A stretch of DNA of 32,000 nucleotides from NCBI RefSeq assembly GCF_004102945.1, contig NZ_CP019384.1, forward strand, positions 1,830,001 to 1,862,000, in the 5' to 3' direction. This document shows, piece by piece, positions 7,937 through 14,897 of this stretch; position 1 is the first letter of the stretch, and each line of letters begins with the position of its first letter. Source of the stretch: Candidatus Velamenicoccus archaeovorus. GTDB taxonomy: Bacteria; Omnitrophota; Gorgyraeia; Velamenicoccales; Velamenicoccaceae. A program made the position numbers and the translations under genes. The notes beneath the pieces are model-generated. The model saw only the letters and a list, made by a program, of their open reading frames with translations, was not told the DNA's origin and searched no databases.

Positions 7937-8072
7937 AATTTGGCTGCCCTTCGCACTCTCGGCCAAAAAATCCGCTGAGATTTTTTGGCCTTGCGAAGGA
8001 CGCCAAATTTTTACAGAGTAAAAATTTGGCTGCCCCTATTGGACGAGTTTCGCAACTGGCTGCTCCAGCCAG
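7935..8072. repeat. Nested and alternative hairpins built on a repeated 15-mer AAAATTTGGCTGCCC
   Basis: The exact 15-mer occurs at 7935-7949 and 8021-8035. A long hairpin spans 7935-8011: outer arms 7935-7955 and 7992-8011, inner 11-bp stem 7961-7971 with 7980-7990. A competing perfect 13-bp hairpin pairs 8002-8014 with 8018-8030. A further 7-bp hairpin lies at 8056-8072. Confidence 0.6.
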
Positions 8073-8088
8073 AATATTCTTCTGTGTT

Positions 8089-9102
8089 CTAAGTTATCGA
8101 GCCATCCCAAGAGGCTACCCCAAGAAAATCCATTTGCTTTGGCTCAAAAGTTAGCCCCCTACAACTAACCTTTTTCCCTATGTTATCAGCAACTTGCTGC
8201 GATTGATCAAATACTTTAACTTTAATTGGCCGAATATACTGGCCTTCCTCCAGATGAGTAGTCCTATTGCTTGATATGCCCATCCTAATAGTGAGCTCGG
8301 CGAAGAAGTCTAATTCGGGGAAAGAATAACCTATTATATTAATTTCATCTGCCTTCTTTAATTCTTCGAAGGCTTTAGACCAAAGATCATGAATCCCCTC
8401 AAAAACTTTAAAGTAAGTGGGTGGAACAATGAAGGGAATTGCGTTTGTTTGTAACTCAAACTGTTCGATGGTATCTCTCAATCCTCGTAACGCACAATAA
8501 TATATACGACCCTTGCTAATATCGTCATTTTGCATTTGTTTATAAAAATCGCCTCTCGGCCTTAAATGTGGAGGGAAGAAAAACCAATTAACGGAGCCAT
8601 GCAACTTATAAATCGTTAATTCTCTGCCAGAATATCCTTGTGTATTCCTATACTGCCAACCGATGCCTAGCTCGTCCAACACTGATTCTAAGAGACAGTC
8701 CCAGTTAAATGTAAAAATTAGATCTTGAGCAGGATTCAATCTTGCAACAAATGAATTATAAAAATCCGTTCTCTGCTTATTTTCAACTTTTTCATTAAGA
8801 TAGAAGGCAAGAATCAATAACCAGCCTTTCCTAACAAAGGAATATTGTTCTACCAGTATTCCTTCTTTTAAACCGGCGTCTAACAAACTAATGAATTTTT
8901 CAAAATTAGTCTCTGGTTCTCCAGATGGATAAAGCATCGCATCCACGACGGCATATTCTTTTTCAAATTCTTGAAGGCATGGCAAATTTCTGTCTCTTAA
9001 ATCCTCACAGTAAAATCTTCTTAATTCTGCGAAGAGATTGCTGATAGCAGGCAGACCTGCCGGGACAGAAAATCCAGCTCCTAACATAAATATCCTTTTC
9101 AT
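8089..9102 (-). CDS. Stand-alone SIR2-like (SIR2_2 family) protein
   Basis: 337 aa. Motifs FMLGAGFSVPAGLP, IFTFNWDCLL, YKLHGSVNWFF and IIGYSFPELD match the order of SIR2_2 motifs. RBS GAGGAAAGAG. Confidence 0.85.
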   Translation of the reverse strand: MKRIFMLGAGFSVPAGLPAISNLFAELRRFYCEDLRDRNLPCLQEFEKEYAVVDAMLYPSGEPETNFEKFISLLDAGLKEGILVEQYSFVRKGWLLILAFYLNEKVENKQRTDFYNSFVARLNPAQDLIFTFNWDCLLESVLDELGIGWQYRNTQGYSGRELTIYKLHGSVNWFFFPPHLRPRGDFYKQMQNDDISKGRIYYCALRGLRDTIEQFELQTNAIPFIVPPTYFKVFEGIHDLWSKAFEELKKADEINIIGYSFPELDFFAELTIRMGISSNRTTHLEEGQYIRPIKVKVFDQSQQVADNIGKKVSCRGLTFEPKQMDFLGVASWDGSIT

Positions 9103-9119
9103 CTCTTTCCTCAGAACAA

Positions 9120-9152
9120 AACTCTCTGTAATTTATTAAATCACAGAGAGTT
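9120..9152. promoter_or_regulatory. Inverted repeat AACTCTCTGT-N13-ACAGAGAGTT in divergent intergenic region
   Basis: Perfect 10-bp arms read directly. It lies between the divergent starts at 9102 (-) and 9213 (+). Confidence 0.35.
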
Positions 9153-9212
9153 AGATAAATAAAACTGCCCGAACTGGACGCCAGACGAACTTCACAACTC
9201 CAAGTGATACAT

Positions 9213-9596
9213 ATGGTTGTGAGAATTTACACTCGCAGGAGCAAGAAACAATTAATCCGTTTTGGCGATCCTTTGCCTGAGAAACCTCAGCGGGCAAAGC
9301 GAATTTATCAAAATGTTATCTACGAAGGCCTCAAACTTCAAGCCTTCATTAATAACGGTACTTCCAGAATAACTTGGGCACAAACCCGTAAAGAGTTAAA
9401 AATTTCAGAATCCAAGTTAGCACACTTATTGAAAATAATCAATCAGTTACCGGCCGATTTCGTCGAAAACATGAGATCATGCGACAATCCGGAAATCCTA
9501 AAAATCTTCACCGGTCGAAGACTATTGCAAATCTCTCGCCTGAAAACCGAGAAAGAACGACGAAAAGAAATCGATCGTCTATTACCGAGAATTTAG
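9213..9596 (+). CDS. Hypothetical small protein with possible ParB/KorB-like HTH
   Basis: The ORF-track start at 9204 is GTG; the first ATG is at 9213. The segment ISESKLAHLLKIINQLPADFVENM resembles the HTH region of ParB-type proteins. No clear RBS, so weak support. Confidence 0.45.
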   Translation: MVVRIYTRRSKKQLIRFGDPLPEKPQRAKRIYQNVIYEGLKLQAFINNGTSRITWAQTRKELKISESKLAHLLKIINQLPADFVENMRSCDNPEILKIFTGRRLLQISRLKTEKERRKEIDRLLPRI

Positions 9597-9614
9597 ATAT
9601 CTTTGCCCTTTATA

Positions 9615-10649
9615 TTATTGAATATTATCTATCTCTTTTTCTAAAGCACGGTATTTGTCTCTAACATCTTCGCCTAAGTAGAAATCGAGCATATCCTTCT
9701 TACTTAATTTTCCATCTTTAAGAAACTTGGTTAAATATGCCTGATTGAATTCCATAAGCATCATACTTCTTTCTAACTGTTTCAAAATCTCTTTATTGTT
9801 TGCTATATTCGCCTCTACAAGTCTTTTAACGTTCAAGATATCATTAATGTCCTTGATAATGCGATTGATAATCATAGAAAGAAATTTCGTATCCAATTCC
9901 ACGCCTTTGGCATTCAACGCAATATCCCGAGCCAACATATATGCGATCGCAAGGTTCGAATAGTCACCGGACTGAGAATTGATCACTGCAACGAAACCAA
10001 TACCCTTAATATAACCAACATTTTCATATGCTTTCAGAATGCTATTATCAATTAACGATATATCAAAAACAATTATGCCAACCTTAGAGTCCCTGTTAAC
10101 TTGGGCTTCTAATAACTGACTCCAAGCTGTGTCCATCTTTTTTGTAAAAATATCCTTGGACTCAATATCCCCAAGCCTTATACTCTTATCAAATTTGCAT
10201 TCAATGGCTATCCTTAAACTTGGGTCCCCGTTTAGCTCACAAATAATATCTCCTGTTTTATTCTTTGGCAAAACACCAGTAGCATTTCCAATCAAAACGG
10301 CTTTATCGTTAATTCTTCTTGACGTAAAGTAGTTATTTAAGAATTCCGCTACTTGGTCTTCTGCAACAAACCCCTTTACGGTTGTCTTATAAAATAACTC
10401 CTTTTTCATTTCAAAAATCATTTTCAAACTCTCTAGCTCAGTCCCAAGTTCATTCGTCGTCTTGGCAAGAAAAGCAGAAATCCTATCTTCCATTAATGCT
10501 AATACCCCTATATAAATTGCACGGATGAGCTTTTCGTCCCTCTCATCTACTGGGATATTATTAAAAAAATTAAAAACTACGTTATTCGATAACTCAAAAT
10601 CTTTTATCTCTATCCTGCCTAGCTTCTGATTTAAATTAATAACAGCCAT
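9615..10649 (-). CDS. PD-(D/E)xK nuclease-fold protein, RmuC/DUF2130-like architecture
   Basis: The central motif KGFVAEDQVAEFL...KTGDIICEL...RIAIECKFDKS follows the pattern G-x-x-x-E, D, ExK, and is flanked by helical or coiled-coil regions. The ORF-track start at 10655 is GTG. ATG 10649 has AAGGAG 5 nt upstream and is used here. Confidence 0.6.
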   Translation of the reverse strand: MAVINLNQKLGRIEIKDFELSNNVVFNFFNNIPVDERDEKLIRAIYIGVLALMEDRISAFLAKTTNELGTELESLKMIFEMKKELFYKTTVKGFVAEDQVAEFLNNYFTSRRINDKAVLIGNATGVLPKNKTGDIICELNGDPSLRIAIECKFDKSIRLGDIESKDIFTKKMDTAWSQLLEAQVNRDSKVGIIVFDISLIDNSILKAYENVGYIKGIGFVAVINSQSGDYSNLAIAYMLARDIALNAKGVELDTKFLSMIINRIIKDINDILNVKRLVEANIANNKEILKQLERSMMLMEFNQAYLTKFLKDGKLSKKDMLDFYLGEDVRDKYRALEKEIDNIQ

Positions 10650-10660
10650 CGCCACTCCTT

Positions 10661-10873
10661 CTATCGAATTTTATTCTGCCGATATCGCTTATAAATATTT
10701 TGGTGTGCATACGTCCCATGAGAGTCGGCCGCCATCAAGCCATCATATTCATGTTGAGGAACATCAAAATATTCATAGGCTGAGCCGTCCTTAAATTCAA
10801 TATACAACACTGCTGAGTCGGGATCATATCCTATAGCCGCCAAATTAGAAGAATTAACTGGTATCATTTCCAT
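10661..10873 (-). CDS. KTSC domain-containing protein
   Basis: 70 aa. VNSSNLAAIGYDPDSAVLYIEFKDGSAYEYFDVPQHEYDGLMAADSHGTYAHQNI matches the KTSC (PF13619) pattern. The start is 3 nt after the HerA stop. Confidence 0.8.
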   Translation of the reverse strand: MEMIPVNSSNLAAIGYDPDSAVLYIEFKDGSAYEYFDVPQHEYDGLMAADSHGTYAHQNIYKRYRQNKIR

Positions 10874-10876
10874 TTT

Positions 10877-12667
10877 TTACCCCTTTTTCAGATGTTTTTG
10901 TTCTCTCCAAGCCTTAACAATATTCTTGTAGTGCTCTGCTTTTACAGTAAACTTCTTGCGCCAACCTTCAACCAGCTTAGGATCATTGCTGCTCGGCCGA
11001 GGTTCCACAAGTTCAATTCTAACCCTCGAAGGGATATTTATTGCCTCGCCAACAATTATCGCTTCACCAATCCTTAAGGATGGCAAAAGCTCCATTAAAC
11101 TATTCATATTATTAGGTGAGGCAGATTGAACGTTATTTTTGTCACTACTATTGGTAAGCCTCAATGCAACGAATGTGCCTACTTGAGCAAGAATTGTCTC
11201 CGAAATTTCTGACGGCCTTTGAGTTACAACCATTGCTCCGACGCCAAATTTCCGCCCTTCCTTATATATCTTTTCAACAGAGCGCCTTGCATACCCATAT
11301 ATATGCGAACTGCTTTCATTCTTTGGTAAATAAGAATGCGCCTCTTCGAAAACCATCAATATTGCTCGGTTCCTTCCGGTATAATCTTCATGTCTACCCC
11401 AATACATTGAATCAAAAATTAACCGTGTTATTAAACCTACCGTTATATCGATTAACTCGAAAGGCACCTCATTTAAATCCAATATGGTAAGACGCTGGGC
11501 ATGATCAATCCAGTCACGGAGAAGTTGATCTATGTCATGCTTGCTTGTAGTATCATAAAAATCTCCGGGATTAAACATAAAGTCAAAGCGCGTATCTTTC
11601 AGACGAGAGAGTATTTTCATTTCGTAAGCATACATCGTCTGTTCTTTAGATTTAAAAGGCGCGACGGCTCCCATAGAATAAGGTTTAAATCTTGCCGGTA
11701 TTAATTTTTGTGGATCTCCCTCTGCCTCCAACTCTTCTTTATCTTTTGTCTGCTTGTCGGCTGTAGCCTCAGAATAGGTTGCATTAATTTCCCTGTTAAA
11801 GTCATACCACATCTTCCTTATGTCGAATGGGATGGGTGAATCCGCGGTAACAAAATCCACATTGACATTACCCGCCTTCAACCTGGATGCATTATCTTTC
11901 TTTAGTTTAACAACTGCTTCGCGCAATTTCTTGTCCTCTGGTTTTTCGCTACCGGCTTGTCTTCCAACCAAGAAAAACGAAAGCTCATCAAAAGACATTG
12001 CCCAAAAAGGAATATACAAAGGACTTTGGTCGTCATTTATCTTGAATACCTTAGCCTCTGTTCCAAATGCAGAAGAATACTCTCCATGAGTATCAACCAA
12101 AACCACCCTCGAACCTGGGTAGTCATTCAAAATGCGCTTTAGAATATGTGCAGTCGTATTTGATTTACCACTACCGGTAGAGCCGAGAATAGCGCTGTGT
12201 CGCAAGATAAAATTATGCAGATCCAAATAAACAGGAAGATTCTCAGAAGAAGAGTGTTTCCCTATCTCAATCGTCCCTGCGCTATGATCACCGTAAATAA
12301 TTCTAAGGTCATCTTCTGTTACAATATGGACTTCATCATTAATCGTGGGATATGTCCCTACTCCCTTTTTAAATACATCTCCTCCCAATTGTTCACCAAT
12401 AAGCTGAACCTGCAAAAATCTGGAACCATAATCCGGCTCGTACTTGTTGACTTCAATTAAGGAAGGGGTATTGCTGACAGAAGAAACTATCCCAAACAAC
12501 GTCAGTCCCCCTACCGGAATTTTTACAAATGTCCCAATTTGTCCAAGCTTATATAGCCGCCCATTAATAATCGGCGTTGCTGAAGGGATATCTCGAGAAA
12601 TCTCAACTTCAATGCTTGAACTATTAACATTAATTACTTTGCCTAAATATGTAATTTCATTTATCAT
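10877..12667 (-). CDS. herA: HerA-like (DUF87/FtsK-HerA superfamily) ATPase of SIR2-HerA systems
   Basis: 596 aa. N-terminal HAS-barrel-like region (GKVINVNSSSIEVEI...GQIGTFVKIP...GIV). Walker A ILGSTGSGKSNT, Walker B ILMVFEEAHSYLP. Its start overlaps the SIR2 stop by 11 nt. Confidence 0.9.
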   Translation of the reverse strand: MINEITYLGKVINVNSSSIEVEISRDIPSATPIINGRLYKLGQIGTFVKIPVGGLTLFGIVSSVSNTPSLIEVNKYEPDYGSRFLQVQLIGEQLGGDVFKKGVGTYPTINDEVHIVTEDDLRIIYGDHSAGTIEIGKHSSSENLPVYLDLHNFILRHSAILGSTGSGKSNTTAHILKRILNDYPGSRVVLVDTHGEYSSAFGTEAKVFKINDDQSPLYIPFWAMSFDELSFFLVGRQAGSEKPEDKKLREAVVKLKKDNASRLKAGNVNVDFVTADSPIPFDIRKMWYDFNREINATYSEATADKQTKDKEELEAEGDPQKLIPARFKPYSMGAVAPFKSKEQTMYAYEMKILSRLKDTRFDFMFNPGDFYDTTSKHDIDQLLRDWIDHAQRLTILDLNEVPFELIDITVGLITRLIFDSMYWGRHEDYTGRNRAILMVFEEAHSYLPKNESSSHIYGYARRSVEKIYKEGRKFGVGAMVVTQRPSEISETILAQVGTFVALRLTNSSDKNNVQSASPNNMNSLMELLPSLRIGEAIIVGEAINIPSRVRIELVEPRPSSNDPKLVEGWRKKFTVKAEHYKNIVKAWREQKHLKKG

Positions 12668-13859
12668 TTGATTCCTTCACAACCTCTTCGATTTTTTCCT
12701 GCTTACCAGATATCTCCATTAAAAACCTGACCATTTCTTTGAAATCTCCTATTTTTAGACGATTGCCGCCAACATCCCAACAAGCATCTAACAAATGGTC
12801 TGTCTTATTTTTCTTCCACTCGCCCAAGAAACCTCTAATTATAGCTTTTCGGGGTCCGATTGCTGTAAAGTTCAGAAAAGTCCCGAGTTCGCTTATTTTC
12901 GCCAAATCGTCGTCGGAAAAGAAAAATCCTATAATATGAAGTCTGTTATTTTGTTTCAAACTATCAATAATTACGGCATTTATATGCTCATCAGAAAAAG
13001 AATATCCGTTTATAACAAAAATTCCCTCTCCATCCTGTAGAAAAGTTCTAAGCCGATCAAAATAAGCGATGAAAGGTTGTTTTCTAGAAGTCTCGTACTT
13101 TTCTTTTGACGGATAAATTACCAACTCATTTTCATTGTTAGATTTTTTCGATTCAATCCCAAGTCGAACAACTTTGTTGGGTTTCCCTTTAGCATTTTTC
13201 TTCCAGAACCAATTGATCGAGCCATGTAGCTTCCAAAATCTTATCCAAGAAACCGGTGGAATATCGTATGTATTCTTGCTCTCAAGACTCTCCGGAAAAA
13301 AGAACGGCTGATAAGCACCGACAAATCCATCAAAATAGGGGATATGCAAACTCTCTAGCGCCTTCTCAACAACCAGGTCATAATTGGTAGTAAAAACTTC
13401 TTTGGCATAATCTCTACTCAACCAATTTAACCATGTCACAAATTTCTTTGTATGCGATAAATCAACACTTCTCTCCTCTTCGCCTATAATCTCGTAAATA
13501 CGATTGCATATTTCCATATCCAAATCGAGAGCATCTTTTCCGCTTACCTTCTCAAAATTTCTGTCCGGGCTATCATTTGCAAGCTGTCGAATCAAACGTA
13601 CTTGATCAAGAATCTGCTCAATCGTTAATGGATCGTCACCTTCTTTTACGCTTAATCCAGTTTCGACATTTTTTAAGATATTCTTTTGTTTCTCTCCCAG
13701 CTTCTCTCGAACTTTTTTTGTTAGCCCAGCGAGATCGGATATATTTAATGCCTTCGAAGTCCCGGCCCCCAACAAGAATCCAATTCTTTTAACATAAGAA
13801 AGCTGATTTCTTACTTCGCAAATTTCTTTTTGTGGGTCATAAAATATTTCATTTGCCAT
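12657..13859 (-). CDS. SIR2-like NADase-family protein (SIR2-HerA system partner)
   Basis: 400 aa. Motifs GFLLGAGTSKA, VFTTNYDLVVEKAL, WKLHGSINWFW and INGYSFSDEHIN. RBS GAGGTGA. Confidence 0.9.
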   Translation of the reverse strand: MANEIFYDPQKEICEVRNQLSYVKRIGFLLGAGTSKALNISDLAGLTKKVREKLGEKQKNILKNVETGLSVKEGDDPLTIEQILDQVRLIRQLANDSPDRNFEKVSGKDALDLDMEICNRIYEIIGEEERSVDLSHTKKFVTWLNWLSRDYAKEVFTTNYDLVVEKALESLHIPYFDGFVGAYQPFFFPESLESKNTYDIPPVSWIRFWKLHGSINWFWKKNAKGKPNKVVRLGIESKKSNNENELVIYPSKEKYETSRKQPFIAYFDRLRTFLQDGEGIFVINGYSFSDEHINAVIIDSLKQNNRLHIIGFFFSDDDLAKISELGTFLNFTAIGPRKAIIRGFLGEWKKNKTDHLLDACWDVGGNRLKIGDFKEMVRFLMEISGKQEKIEEVVKESNDK

Positions 13860-13886
13860 ATTTCACCTCTTGTAGCCCCCCCAGAA

Positions 13887-14876
13887 CTATTTAAAAATCA
13901 AGGCCGATTGCTTGCTTCTTATTTCTACCTCTTTTTCGCTTAACAAGGCACCATAGAAACCCTGTATTTCTGAATCACTTTTATTATTTTCAAGAAACCT
14001 GAAAGACGATGCTGCCAAATAATCTTTTTCTTTCTCAAAAGCCAGCCATTTTCTGCCATGCCCTTCTGCAGCTTCTCCGGTGGTATTTGAACCCGCGAAT
14101 ATATCCAACACAACATCACCCGGATCGGTAAGAAACTTAATAAAAAATTCTGGCAACTGCCTTGGAAAACGAGCTGGATGTCCTTGTATATTCGCTATCT
14201 TACAAAACCGCAAATATTTTGAATTGCTTTCCGAATTCGATATCTGCAAAAGATTGGGAGGAATGGCGCCACCATTGCCATTCCCGTTGCCAAACTCTTT
14301 AGAAATATCATGTCCGGATGGCCTCTTCTTTGGCGTATAGAATTTCTCGCTATTCTTCAATAATTGTTTCATCCTCTCCGAGTAAGGAGTTAATACCTTC
14401 TTGATATCAGCCTTGGGATATTCTGACTTCGAAAACCACCATATTGTATTAACAGCGTCTTTCGCCCTTATCTTTCGCTTATTAACCCATTCAATCGGGG
14501 ACGGCAATTTCGAAGGATTAAACCAAAAAAACTCCTCTGCCAAAAAGAACCCAAGATCCTCGCAGAATTTAATCAATATTTTGTAGTTATAAAGCGACCG
14601 GGTCGGCCTTCCTTTTTCGTAAGCACCCCCAAGATCAAGAACAAAACTGCCATCATTCTTTATTACTCTCTTGATTTTTTTTGCAAAAACAGCTAACCAA
14701 TCGACATAATCTTCTTGCGATTTATTACCGTATTCTTTTTGCCTCTGCAACGCAAACGGCGGCGATGTTATGACAAGGTTGACAGAATTATCAGAAAGAC
14801 AATCAAGCAATTCTAAAGAATCGCCAACATAAGCCTTCCCATATTGCGTTGTGTACAATGGAGATGGTAATTTCAT
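13887..14876 (-). CDS. Beta-class N4-cytosine/N6-adenine DNA methyltransferase (SPPF type, M.PvuII-like)
   Basis: 329 aa. Catalytic motif IV VITSPPFAL precedes the SAM motif I VLDIFAGSNTTGEAA, which is the beta-class order. SPPF is typical of m4C enzymes. Long stretches (FWFNPSKLPSPIEWVNKRKIR, PPNLLQISNSESNS, HPARFP) match my recollection of the M.PvuII family; this needs REBASE confirmation. Confidence 0.88.
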   Translation of the reverse strand: MKLPSPLYTTQYGKAYVGDSLELLDCLSDNSVNLVITSPPFALQRQKEYGNKSQEDYVDWLAVFAKKIKRVIKNDGSFVLDLGGAYEKGRPTRSLYNYKILIKFCEDLGFFLAEEFFWFNPSKLPSPIEWVNKRKIRAKDAVNTIWWFSKSEYPKADIKKVLTPYSERMKQLLKNSEKFYTPKKRPSGHDISKEFGNGNGNGGAIPPNLLQISNSESNSKYLRFCKIANIQGHPARFPRQLPEFFIKFLTDPGDVVLDIFAGSNTTGEAAEGHGRKWLAFEKEKDYLAASSFRFLENNKSDSEIQGFYGALLSEKEVEIRSKQSALIFK

Positions 14877-14897
14877 CGACCCAGCAAACTCCTTTTA

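Noticed and set aside
7626-8021. ORFs of 131, 79 and 100 aa covering the non-coding structured region
   Set aside because: The translations are Pro/Gly/Arg/Ser-rich and low in complexity. They have no RBS, coincide with stems of strong hairpins and terminators, and overlap each other on both strands.
7935-8035. CRISPR array suggested by the repeated 15-mer
   Set aside because: There are only two exact copies. The intervening sequence is self-complementary hairpin, not spacer-like. No cas genes are in the window.
7700-8060. tRNA, tmRNA, RNase P RNA or SRP RNA gene at the island boundary
   Set aside because: - I looked for a T-loop (GGTTCGAATCC-like) with an acceptor/CCA end, for the RNase P GGAAAGTCC box, and for the SRP GGAA tetraloop helix.
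- None is present.
- The GCAGCCAA match to SRP domain IV lies inside a different hairpin context.
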